Below are positions 36,301-46,159 of a stretch of DNA of 64,000 nt, piece after piece. The stretch is taken from contig CAVPRW010000003.1 of NCBI GenBank assembly GCA_963707985.1, positions 86,953 through 150,952 on the forward strand. Reading direction: 5' to 3'. Position numbers and translations under genes: made by a program. The notes below the pieces were generated by a model, which did not search any database, was not told the origin of the DNA, and was given only the letters and a program-made list of their open reading frames with translations. This DNA is from an uncultured Nitrospinota bacterium (lineage in GTDB: Bacteria > Tectomicrobia > Entotheonellia > J063 > CAVPRW01). The number at the start of each line of letters is the position of its first letter. Within the stretch, counting starts at the first letter, position 1.

Positions 36301-37520
36301 CATCGAGGATCTGCTCACAAGCGACACGCAGGAGGCCAAACTGCGGCGAGAAGCCTGTGCCGATACGTTGACACAACCTGGCCGCAACGCTGGGCGATCT
36401 CGCCAATGCGCTGAGGGCAGCAGGACGCCTTGACGAGGCCCTCAGCACGGCAGAGCAAGGCGTTGACATTCACCGTGCACTGGGACATCGACCGCAACGC
36501 TGTCGCGGGCCTCGTGCGAACGGCCCAAATCCTCATGGAGCAAGGCCGCTACCAGGAGGCGGATGCCCGCTACGACCAGGCCCTGGAAGCCGCCCGGCGT
36601 CTCGGCGATCAGGGACTGGAGGGAACAATCCTTCAGCATCAAGGCAGTCCTGGCCAACGACAGACAACAATACGACCGCGCCGTTGATCTGTATAAGCAA
36701 GCCCTGAAGCTGTTCCAGGACGCGAACGACGATGCCAGCATCATGCGGACCTGTAACCTGCTCGGCTCGGTCGAAGCAGCTTGCGGGTCGTCTGTCAGAA
36801 GCCAGGGCGTGGTATGAACGTTCCCGCGAGATCGCCCAGCGCCGGGGCGACACTGAGGCGCTTGGCGATCGCCTGCGCACAACATCGGCATCGTCTGCCA
36901 ACAGGAGGGCGAAGCGGCCCGGCAGCGCGGGGACGAGGCGACCGCGCAGCAGCGGTTTGCAGAGGCCGAGCGCTTCCTGCAAGAGAGCCTGCGGATGAAG
37001 ATCGACCGGCAAGACAAGCCGGGCGAGGCCAGGTCCCGTGGCCAGTTGTCCCAGAGTCTACCTGCTCATGGGCGAACTGGATAAGGCGGAAGCGCACGCC
37101 CACCAGGCGCGAGAGATCGACGAAGGCCTTAGCATGATTCGGAAACTACCCGGCGACTACTACAATCTCGCCCAAATCGCCCGGGCGCGAGGTGACGAGG
37201 CGCAGGCGGCCCAGTGGGAAGCCAAGCGAGACGAGGTGGAGGCGGAACTGGCCCGCCGTGCCCGTGGTGGCGATGCGGCCGACGCCGGCCTGCCCTAGTA
37301 GTTAGCCCAGGCTATCATCCAGCTTGCCGAGGCCTGCGTACAGGCCGGTCTGGGCGGCACTGGATTGCCATCTGAGGCCAAGTCCGCCGTGGCACAGCTC
37401 GAATCTGAGGGGGCTGGCCTATTGCAGCCGCTGGGCTGGTATCTCCGCCGCCTTGGCGCCGGACCGGCGAGCGACACCGTTGGCGCTCTGGCAACACCTC
37501 CCGCTGGCCTGCCCGAGGAG
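33341..37520 (+). CDS. CHAT (caspase-like) protease - STAND/NB-ARC NTPase - TPR protein, many frameshifts, 3' end truncated
   Basis: LRWYLE, LPWELM, IVHFDGHG (His), ILEACRS (Cys), HAMGGMGKT (Walker A), LMVWDNFES (Walker B), HPLSIEL, TPR-like helices. Confidence 0.85.
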
Positions 37521-37702
37521 GTCCCCATTCAACCACGGAGAAGCGATTCAAGGCCATCGGAAAGACCGCAGCGGGACGCCACGTCTTTCTGGTTTTCACG
37601 CTACGCGAACATTATGGAAAGTCATATATCCGGCCTATCAGCGCCCGCTATATGCACCAAAAGGAAATTGATCATTATGAAAAAGAAAATCCCGACCTTT
37701 AG
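37521..37702 (+). pseudogene. brnT: BrnT toxin, N-terminus deleted
   Basis: Manual translation HSTTEKRFKAIGKTAAGRHVFLVFTLR..IRPISARYMHQKEIDHYEKENPDL*; no start codon. Confidence 0.8.
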
Positions 37703-37934
37703 AAGCGACGAGGAAGCCGAAGGTTTTGTCGATACGGCTGACCTTTCCGAATATGATCTTTCGGGCGCCAGGCCAGTGCGGTTCGAATTCGAGAAAAAGG
37801 CTGCGCGCATCAATATGCGGTTGCCGGCTCCCTTGCTGGAAGCGGTGAAAGAAAAAGCCAGGGCACGGGGCATCCCTTATCAGCGGTTTATCCGAGAAAC
37901 CCTGGAGCAGGCTGTCACCAATACGAACGAATAG
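37677..37934 (+). CDS. brnA: BrnA/CopG antitoxin
   Basis: MKKKIPTFRSDEEAE.F..DLSEYD..INMRLP..GIPYQRFIR; overlaps brnT. Confidence 0.88.
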   Translation: MKKKIPTFRSDEEAEGFVDTADLSEYDLSGARPVRFEFEKKAARINMRLPAPLLEAVKEKARARGIPYQRFIRETLEQAVTNTNE

Positions 37935-38230
37935 GAATTTCCAACGCACCTTTTCCCTACCCTCAACCGACAACCCTCTCCAAACGGGCGTTTTAGGGAG
38001 ATCCCCAGGCGAACGGATGCTGATTCAGCCGTGCCAGCGCTAATTGCTTTCAAGCCCTCCGCCGCTTCCAGGCCGAGTTGAGACTTACACGGGGTGAAAT
38101 CGCATGTGCATTGCTTTGGTATTGCTTTGGCATCGCTTTGACCCGCCACCAGGTGGGTTGTAGAGACTCATTTCCCACCTGAACCAGGAGTCCAGTTTCT
38201 GGGGTCAGCCATAGGAGTCCACCGGCCCAA

Positions 38231-38470
38231 TCATGTAAACAATCTGTCCAAAGCGATGCGTGCTTCAGCGAGCACTCCAACGGAAGTCCACAGGGATGAT
38301 TGCGCGAGGCGATCCAAAGCTGATTGTGCGTCAACGCGGCTGAGATGCCTCCTGGCCGCTGCCCACAACACAATACCTAATGACCCATGAACCTCTAAAC
38401 CCAGAGAAGCCGCGAGGACACGCGCTGCAGCATCATCCGTGAGGAACCAATTGGCATTGAGGTGTGGCAT
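38231..38470 (-). pseudogene. DUF3368-like PIN toxin, internally deleted
   Basis: Only C-terminal FLTDDAAARVLA..LGLEVHGSLGIV remains after ATG 38470. Confidence 0.65.
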
Positions 38471-38660
38471 CTTTCTGCCGCAGCGCCCAAGTAATATCGT
38501 CGCGCTGGAATTGCTCAAGTAACTCCAGGCGATGCCGGCGCAGAAACTCGAGCAATGCAAAGCGGGTGGCTTCCTCCGCGCTGTGAAACCAGCCTTGTTG
38601 GACCAGCAGGTCAAGCTCGTGAGTGAGCTTCTCCGGCAGTTCGATCCGAATGGATTTCAT
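38433..38660 (-). CDS. CopG/RHH antitoxin-like protein
   Basis: MKSIRIELPEKL..LVQQGWF..EQFQRDDITWAL. Confidence 0.7.
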   Translation of the reverse strand: MKSIRIELPEKLTHELDLLVQQGWFHSAEEATRFALLEFLRRHRLELLEQFQRDDITWALRQKDATPQCQLVPHG

Positions 38661-39157
38661 GATCCTACCCTTTTCATCAGCCCAACTCCTTGGAACCACG
38701 GATTCACGAATCCTGTAGGTCCTAATACGTCCGCAAGCCCCTGAGCCATTCCCGAGAGTGGATAAAACCGTCACTTCTCTGACCGGGACAGGGGATTGGC
38801 ATGAGGATTATATGGCCTCTACCTTGGTGAAGACGTTGAGGATGATGGCTAATCGCCACCTCTGGCGAAAGGCAAATGGGAATATTTTGAACCTACGACC
38901 CGGACGATTGCATCACACGTTGCTGCAATGATGTATACTCAGATGCCAGATGCGAGGCTCTTAGCCGTACTTGACGGCTCTCGGACTATCTAGCCGTGGT
39001 TCTCATGACTGAATCGTATCGTGACCGTGCTCACAACCGATCGTAAGATAAGGCACATTCTTCTCCTACCCAAAATTTCTCGTGTTCTTCACCCAAGCCT
39101 AAAGGCACGCGTGGGCGGATCAGCGCACGGCCGCCTCTGCCAGTGAGGAGCGTCATC

Positions 39158-39727
39158 GTGTCAACACCGAGAGCAAGTGAGCAGATCTCTCAGCAACTGG
39201 AGCGATCGCAGAGCAGCATGGACTCGACGCTGCCGTCGTGCTTCAATGCGGATGCGTTGCTCCCACGGCTGCTGTTTCTGGTCTCGCCGACCTGTGAGAT
39301 CTGCGTGACCGGGGCCATGTCCGCTACGGATAGCGTGCTGTCGTTGCCGCGAGCTGAGGATTTTCGCTTGTATATGTTGTGGCTGCCCGTGCTGGAGGGG
39401 GATACCCCCCAGGCGGCGGAGCAGGTGCAAGAGCGTCTACCCACAGACGGCCGGCTGAGGCACTTTTGGGATCACGACCTCCAGCTGTCCCAGGCGTTTC
39501 ATCGACTGTTGCAGCTGGGACAACGCCCCAGGCCGCATCACATCGCCTGGGACATTTTTCTCCTGTATGGCGCAGGAACGGTGTGGAACGAGGAGCCGCC
39601 GATGCCGGAATTTTGGATGCACCAGCTCTTTCTGGAGGATGTGCCAGAGCTGGACGCGGCTGTCCTCAAAAACCAGCTAGAGCGCAGTCTTCGTGGCGAC
39701 ACGAACCATATGGACCTGCCTACCTGA
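39158..39727 (+). CDS. Thioredoxin-like protein
   Basis: LFLVSPTCEICVTGA, WLPVL, HFWD, AWDIFLLY, FWMHQL. Confidence 0.65.
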   Translation: MSTPRASEQISQQLERSQSSMDSTLPSCFNADALLPRLLFLVSPTCEICVTGAMSATDSVLSLPRAEDFRLYMLWLPVLEGDTPQAAEQVQERLPTDGRLRHFWDHDLQLSQAFHRLLQLGQRPRPHHIAWDIFLLYGAGTVWNEEPPMPEFWMHQLFLEDVPELDAAVLKNQLERSLRGDTNHMDLPT

Positions 39728-39767
39728 GACCGACTCTTGCACAGGTGACCATGGGTCCGAGTTCGCC

Positions 39768-40285
39768 CTACGAGGGAATATGTAGCAACTTGCAGGCATT
39801 GTCGCCCAGGATCGCCGCCCGCTCGGCGTCACTCAAGCTCGGAGTCCCAAGCACGAGCTCCACAGCCGTACTGGTCCACGGATAAGGATAATCGGTTCCG
39901 ATCATGATCTGACTCGCACCGCATTCGGCCACCAGATGCCGCAGCGCCTCGGGGGTAAAGACGATCGAGTCGAAATAGAGATCCCGCATATACTCACTGG
40001 GACGTTTCTTCAACGGCATCCCACTGCAGCGCTCGGGAAAGGTCAAGCAGCCGTGATCCGACCGGGCGCTGTATGAGGGCAGGTAGGCCCCGCCATGCGC
40101 CACACAGAGCTTCAGTCCAGGAAATCGATCCAGCGTGCCCTCAAAAATCAGATGAGAGAGGGCAATGGTGGTTTCGAGCGGATTGCCGATGACGTTGGTC
40201 AGCAGGCCGTTGCCCTTAAGCCGTTTCGCCAGATCCGGAACGCCCTGGGGATGGAGCAACACCAAAACGCCAAGCTCCTCAACCT
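39768..40285 (-). pseudogene. Amidohydrolase_2 family, C-terminal half only
   Basis: LLHP, HLIFEGTLDRFPGLK..AHGG, GTDYPY; N-terminal metal-binding region absent. Confidence 0.75.
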
Positions 40286-40493
40286 CCCGATGCGTGCGCA
40301 TAGTGTAACCTGGACCCACCATGCGATGGCGAGATGTTGGGAGCGCGGGCCTGTGGCTCGTTTATGGAGCACTGAAGAATGCCGGCGCTCCCAGGAGACG
40401 AGTAGAACGACTCGCCTGGAGATCCGCAAGGGATGCCTGGGGGAAAATCAGGGAGAGCCATGACGTCTACTCTCCCACCCTGGCAGGACTCTA

Positions 40494-40832
40494 CTAATTC
40501 GCCAGTGGCACCGTGGTCGTGACACAGGGCTCAGAGCCATGCACCGCCGTGGTGTGGCCCTTTCCCGTGGTGTCTTCAACTAAGCGCGCATCGCCAGGGC
40601 CAAAGATGTGCTTTGTGCCGTCGCCTAGGCCGATTTCGAGGTGGCCCGACAGGATGATGACGAACTGGCGGCGAGGTGCCGGATGCCAATCCTGGAATCG
40701 TCCCACTGGCGCGCTGCGGAACGTGATGTTGGTGGTCTGCAGACCATCCTTCCAGGACGTGGTTTTGTCCAGGTCAATGGTCTCGATGTGGGTTTGACCA
40801 TCCGTGCCAGTATACATGCGAAACGTACCCAT
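40494..40832 (-). CDS. Cupin-like protein
   Basis: MYTGTDGQTHIE, WHPAPRRQFVIILSG, EDTTGKGH; RBS GAGGAGG. Confidence 0.8.
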   Translation of the reverse strand: MGTFRMYTGTDGQTHIETIDLDKTTSWKDGLQTTNITFRSAPVGRFQDWHPAPRRQFVIILSGHLEIGLGDGTKHIFGPGDARLVEDTTGKGHTTAVHGSEPCVTTTVPLAN

Positions 40833-41132
40833 ACATATTCCTCCTCGTGTGTGGTATGTGAACGGCTCGGCGTACGACAAGACGTGTACTCGGGAACCAA
40901 TCCTCCAGAGATTCCCAGCGCTGCCTGCCGGCGGGGCAGGCGGCTCGCTCCCGAGGTACCGGGACAAAAAAGGGCTTTTGTTTCTCCGGGTGAATATCCT
41001 ATACTCCGAGGGCGGATTTTCGCGGATTTTGTGTGTCGTTGTCAATGATAGGCGCTTCCACGTGTGCTATGTCTATGTACTGGCTCACGATCCTGCGCCC
41101 AGCACCCACCGCCATGACGATAAGGAGACCAC

Positions 41133-41870
41133 ATGCCAAGCTTTACACACCACGACGCCACCATCTATTACGAGGAGTTCGGCCAGGGGTTCCCCATTCT
41201 CACGTTCGCGCCCGCGGGCCTGCAGTCGGTCATTGACGTGTGGAACCGTCCCTCCGCTCCCGTGAACCCCACCAAAGAGTTCGCCACGGACTTCCGGGTC
41301 ATCGCCATGGATCAGCGCAACGCCGGCGGCCAGTCCCGTGCACCCATTACCGCCCAAGATGGCTGGCAGAGCTATCTTGCCGACCACATCGCCGTGCTCG
41401 ACCATCTGGGGATCGACCAGTGCCACCTGTACGGCCAGTGCATCGGTGGGCCCTTCATTTTCAGCATGTTGAAGGCTCAGCCGCAGCGCATCGCCTGTGC
41501 CGTGATTGCCCAGAGTATCGGGCGGGTGGGACCCATGCCGTCTACCCCCTCCGCCAATTTCGAAGCCTGGGCCAAGACCCTACAGGACCACCCCGAGGCT
41601 ACGGAGAAGGTGCTGCAGGCGTTCAACCAGAACCTCTATGGCCCTGGCTTCGTCTACAGCGTGGACCGTGCCTTCGTGTCGAGCTGCCAGACGCCCTGCC
41701 TGGTGCTGGCGGGCAACGATGCGGCGCATCCGTTCCCGATCTCCGAGGAAGTGGCGAAGCTGCTCCCTCACGCCGAGTTCATCCCGGAGTGGAAGGATGG
41801 CGCGCCCCTGGCGGCAGCGAAGGTCCGTATGAAGCAATTCCTTCGAGATCACACACCTGTTCGGGTATAA
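41133..41870 (+). CDS. Alpha/beta hydrolase (Cys at the nucleophile elbow)
   Basis: IYYEEFGQG, MDQRNAG, GQCIGG, GNDAAHP. Confidence 0.85.
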   Translation: MPSFTHHDATIYYEEFGQGFPILTFAPAGLQSVIDVWNRPSAPVNPTKEFATDFRVIAMDQRNAGGQSRAPITAQDGWQSYLADHIAVLDHLGIDQCHLYGQCIGGPFIFSMLKAQPQRIACAVIAQSIGRVGPMPSTPSANFEAWAKTLQDHPEATEKVLQAFNQNLYGPGFVYSVDRAFVSSCQTPCLVLAGNDAAHPFPISEEVAKLLPHAEFIPEWKDGAPLAAAKVRMKQFLRDHTPVRV

Positions 41871-42149
41871 TCCCACTATTACACCCCGGTGCGCGCAGCA
41901 ATCGGGAGGAGCGTCAGGTGCGCCCTCCTCCCGTGGGGGCTGCCATGATCACCGTGCCAACGGCTGTCTCATGGTACAGGGAATGACAGCGAGATTTTTG
42001 CCTCTGTAGCACACATGACTCCACTGTTTCGAGGACAACCATCGGCTGCACTACGTCGCTCCCTGGGCCAAACAGTGGCTCCATACGCGACCGTTGCCAT
42101 GGTTTTTGTGGATCACATCGGGAACACCCCTAGACCAAGGAAAACATCG

Positions 42150-42188
42150 TTGACAAACGGCAAATAGGTGCATATACTCCTATGTCAA
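42150..42188 (+). promoter_or_regulatory. sigma70 promoter with overlapping palindromic operator (probable MarR autoregulation)
   Basis: TTGACA (42150)-17 nt-TATACT (42173); imperfect palindrome TAGGTGCATATACTCCTA 42165-42182. Confidence 0.65.
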
Positions 42189-42241
42189 TTGTCGGAGAGT
42201 CCTACCAGAGGAAACCACGGGACCGATCCGTAGGTGCACAG

Positions 42242-42715
42242 ATGCCGAACACGATCCGAGACGTCGTCCAGGAGCGGATGGGCCAACTGGCTCAGGAGGG
42301 ATCGAGCTGCGTCTCCTTCAATATCCGTAAAGCCGCCCGCGCGGTCACCCAGATGTACGATGAGCGGTTGCGGCCGTTCGGGCTTCGCAGCACGCAGCTG
42401 TCCATCCTCGCGAAGATGCTGATCCTGGAGCCGGTGACCGTCACTCACCTGGCCGAGGCGACGGTGACCGACCGCACCACGTTGACTCGAAACCTCCGGC
42501 TCCTCGAGAAACAAGGGCACATTCGGGTCGGCATGGGGAATGACCGGCGTGAGCGCGAGGTGAGACTGACGGATCGCGGTCGCGAAGTCCTGGCCCAAGT
42601 GTACCCCATTTGGAAAGAGGTGCAGGTCGAGGTCGCGAAACGCTTCGGGAGCGCACGGTTAGCACGGCTGTTGGCAGAGCTCTCGGCCTTAGTTGAGGTC
42701 GCCAAGCCGAGCTGA
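42242..42715 (+). CDS. MarR family regulator
   Basis: C..FNIRKAARAVTQMYD, TDRTTLTRNL, DRRER. Confidence 0.9.
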   Translation: MPNTIRDVVQERMGQLAQEGSSCVSFNIRKAARAVTQMYDERLRPFGLRSTQLSILAKMLILEPVTVTHLAEATVTDRTTLTRNLRLLEKQGHIRVGMGNDRREREVRLTDRGREVLAQVYPIWKEVQVEVAKRFGSARLARLLAELSALVEVAKPS

Positions 42716-43189
42716 TCTTTTTTCGCCTCTCTGGGTATATAGACATTTTCTTTGTGATTACAGTGGTTATGACAGGTGACTACCCATGCTTCCGGACGGT
42801 GGACGCTCCTGACGAATGGATCAAACCTGTTCTGCTGACCTCAGAAGAACTGGACCTCATGGCGCCAGGATGCGTCGCTGTCTACCGGCATGGGATCCCC
42901 GTGTCGCTCAAATCCTCGCTCTTTCCGGCTACTTCCCCAATGCCTGCAGGAGGTTCCGTCGGACGCCAATACGTTTTTCGCACGTCAGCTCCATGATCGG
43001 CCGTGCTTCGAGGCGGCCCAGGCACGCCTGCAGGAGCCCCTTTTGCGGAGCCCCTCGTCGTCCAAAGCCCCGTCGATTTTTTTTCGTCGGGTCTGTCGTC
43101 CTCAGGCCGGCCCATTCGACTATACCATGAGAAGATGAGCCCATGGGCTGTCTGCGAAGGCTGGCACAAACCTCAAGAAGGAGGAAGGG

Positions 43190-44305
43190 ATGAGTGGGGT
43201 ACGAGTTCTAGTTGGTACGCGTAAAGGTGCGTTCGTCCTGACGTCGGATGCCAAGCGCGAACGGTGGGATATCAGTGGCCCACACTTTGGGGGGTGGGAA
43301 GTCTATCACCTCAAGGGATCTCTCGCTGACCCAAATCGGCTGTATGCGTCGCAGTCCACGGGCTGGTTCGGACAGATGATCCAGCGCTCCAACGATGGTG
43401 GCCAGACGTGGGAACCGGTAGGTAACAAGTTCGTCTACGACGGTGTCCCCGGCACGCACCAGTGGCACGACGGCACGCTGCGCCCCTGGGAGTTCAAGCG
43501 CGTCTGGCATCTCGAACCCTCACTGACCGATCCGGATACGGTTTACGCCGGGGTTGAAGACGCTGCCTTGTTCCGCTCGATCGATGGCGGGCAGACGTGG
43601 ATGGAGCTTCCCGAGCTGCGTGGCGTGAAAGGACACCTCTGGCAGCCGGGCGGCGGGGGGATGTGCCTGCATACGATCGTGCTGGACCCGAGCCATGCCG
43701 AGCGGATCTTCATAGCCATCTCGGCAGCGGGCGTATTCCGCAGCGACGATGCCGGTAAGACCTGGCGGCCGATGAACTGTGGCCTGCAGTCCCCGTATGA
43801 GCTTCCCGACCCGGATGCCGAGGTTGGCCACTGCGTGCACCGCGTCGCGATGCACCGGTCACGCCCGAGCGTCTTGTTCATGCAGAAGCACTGGGACGTC
43901 ATGCGCAGCGACGACGCTGGCGAGTCGTGGCGGGAGATCAGCGGCAACTTGCCGAGCGACTTCGGGTTCGCCATCGACGTGCACGCGCATGAGCCGGAAA
44001 CCGTCTATGTTGTGCCGATCAAGAGCGACTCCGAGCACTATCCTCCCGACGGTAAGCTGCGCGTATACCGCAGCCGAACGGGCGGACACGAGTGGGAAGC
44101 GCTTACGCAAGGTCTGCCGCAACACGACTGCTACGTCAATGTGTTACGCGACGCGATGGCCGTTGACGCGCTCGATGCGTGCGGCGTATACTTCGGCACC
44201 ACCGGCGGGCAGGTGTATGCCTCGGCCGACGCTGGGGACAGCTGGGCGCCCATCGTCCGAGATCTTCCGGCCGTGGTGTCCGTGGAGGTCCAGACGCTGC
44301 CATGA
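43190..44305 (+). CDS. BNR/Asp-box beta-propeller (exo-alpha-sialidase-like) protein
   Basis: Repeated SxDxGxTW Asp-boxes; VGTRKG N-terminus. Confidence 0.88.
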   Translation: MSGVRVLVGTRKGAFVLTSDAKRERWDISGPHFGGWEVYHLKGSLADPNRLYASQSTGWFGQMIQRSNDGGQTWEPVGNKFVYDGVPGTHQWHDGTLRPWEFKRVWHLEPSLTDPDTVYAGVEDAALFRSIDGGQTWMELPELRGVKGHLWQPGGGGMCLHTIVLDPSHAERIFIAISAAGVFRSDDAGKTWRPMNCGLQSPYELPDPDAEVGHCVHRVAMHRSRPSVLFMQKHWDVMRSDDAGESWREISGNLPSDFGFAIDVHAHEPETVYVVPIKSDSEHYPPDGKLRVYRSRTGGHEWEALTQGLPQHDCYVNVLRDAMAVDALDACGVYFGTTGGQVYASADAGDSWAPIVRDLPAVVSVEVQTLP

Positions 44306-44598
44306 TCCGAGTCATACTACCTGTACATCTGCGGACACTGGCGCACGTCGACGGAGAGGTGGAGCTCCCCGTCGAGGGTCCCGCCACGCAGCGCTCGGTC
44401 CTCGACGCGCTCGAGGCCTGCTATCCGATGCTACGCGGCACCATGCGCGACCAGGTCACGCACCAGCGCCGAGCCTTCGTGAGGTTTTTCGCCTGTGAGG
44501 AGGATCTGTCCCACGAATCGCCGGATGCCCTGCTGCCCGACGCGGTCGCGATGGGAGCCGAGCCTTTGCTGATTATCGGGGCTATGGCCGGCGGCTAG
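44302..44598 (+). CDS. MoaD/ThiS ubiquitin-like protein
   Basis: ATGA overlap with the upstream gene; ends in AMAGG. Confidence 0.88.
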   Translation: MIRVILPVHLRTLAHVDGEVELPVEGPATQRSVLDALEACYPMLRGTMRDQVTHQRRAFVRFFACEEDLSHESPDALLPDAVAMGAEPLLIIGAMAGG

Positions 44599-44887
44599 GG
44601 ATTATCGTCATCGTGTGGTGTCACATCGGTGACCGGCCTGATGGCCCTGTGCCGCGCCGGCGTTATGATCCAGGCCGGTGGGAACGCAAGGATGCCGAAC
44701 CCGGCCACCGTCCTCACCTGTGCAGTGCATAGGCCTGGCCTCGTACTATTGCCATCACCGCATGGCCGTCCCCCTCAGCAGGTAGGCCTTCTGAACCATG
44801 GCCTAGACTGCTCTACGTCAGGTAGAACTCATCCCCCGCCGGGTGTCGATTCAGTCCCCCCCGTTCGACTCTTTGAAGGAGACACAG

Positions 44888-45241
44888 GTGAAATACATGT
44901 TGCTGATATACTTGGACGAGGCGTGGGGCAAGCTGAGCCTGACAGAACGACAGCAGATCTACGAGGAGCAACTGCAGCTCGCAGAACAGCTCACGTCGAA
45001 CGGGCAGTATCTGACTGGTGCCCCACTACAGCCTCCGGCGACGGCGACCAGCGTCCGGGTTCGCGACGGCAAACGACTCGTGACCGACGGTCCGTTTGCA
45101 GAAACACGGGAGCAGCTCGGTGGCTTCATGCTCGTCGACGTCAAGGATCTCGACGAGGCGATCGCCATCGCCGCACGAGGTGCCGTGGCGCGCGTCGGCA
45201 CCGTCGAAGTCCGGCCGGTGAGGGAAGGTCCGCCGACGTAG
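44888..45241 (+). CDS. YciI/DGPF family protein
   Basis: KYMLLIY, VTDGPFAETREQLGGF, VEVRP; RBS AAGGAG with GTG start. Confidence 0.9.
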   Translation: MKYMLLIYLDEAWGKLSLTERQQIYEEQLQLAEQLTSNGQYLTGAPLQPPATATSVRVRDGKRLVTDGPFAETREQLGGFMLVDVKDLDEAIAIAARGAVARVGTVEVRPVREGPPT

Positions 45242-45388
45242 CAACCACGCTAGGACACCTCTCGACGGCATGAAGAAGAGCTTGAAGCAAACCCTGGACC
45301 GCAAATCGAGGCCCAGGTCACGCGCACATGGGCAGAGGCCGCATGCCTGGCAAAACGCAAGTGCCAGTTGCCACCGAGGAGACCGATC

Positions 45389-45751
45389 ATGAACTATGCA
45401 CTGTGGATCATTCAGGGGCTGCTCGCGCTCCTCTTTCTATTTGCTGGTGGCATGAAGCTAGTCATGCCGCTTGAGGCGCTGACGGGGCAGATGCCGCTGC
45501 CTGGCTGGTTCGTACGGTTCATCGGCGTGGCCGAGGTGCTTGGCGCCATCGGCCTGATCCTCCCCGGGCTCCTGCGGATTCGGCCGGGCCTGACACCGCT
45601 GGCTGCCGTGGGGCTGGTGATCATCATGATCGGTGCGATGGTAATCACGCTCGCGGGCGGTGAGGTCGCCTCGGCGCTGATCCCGCTGGTGGTGGGGCTC
45701 CTCTTGGCGTTTGTCGCCTACGGCCGCTGGCCCTCCCTAAGGGCAGCCTGA
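45389..45751 (+). CDS. DoxX family membrane protein
   Basis: LWIIQGLLALLFLFAGGMKL, FIGVAEVLGAIGLILP. Confidence 0.88.
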   Translation: MNYALWIIQGLLALLFLFAGGMKLVMPLEALTGQMPLPGWFVRFIGVAEVLGAIGLILPGLLRIRPGLTPLAAVGLVIIMIGAMVITLAGGEVASALIPLVVGLLLAFVAYGRWPSLRAA

Positions 45752-46159
45752 CGACAATCGGCATATCGTTCGGAATGGCTATCCTGAGCAAACTGCGCAA
45801 AAAAGTACGCCATCCCTTCCAGCTTGCTGGACAGATACGCGCACATCCCCTATCCTGTAGGGTATAGAAGCTTCACCGTCTGGCCCAGAGAAGCAGATAC
45901 AGGACTATGTGCAGGAGGGCGAGGTGCTGCACTGGTGCCTCGACTGGCTGGAGCGCCAGGTGCGTGGCGAGTGGGTGATGGCGACCCTGCGCCCTGACAT
46001 GGAGGACGCCACGGAGTCGGCGCGATTTGAGCACGCACGAGTACGCCAGTACTTGGGGAACGCCTTAGTGAAGATCATGACACCACCAGGCGGTGTGAGG
46101 AACAAGGCAAACTTGCATAGATAAGCGCACACGATAGCGACGAAGAAGGAGTCCCGACC

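Noticed and set aside
45909..46124. 71 aa ORF before the CoA-transferase
   Set aside because: Possibly a gene fragment, but I cannot assign a family.
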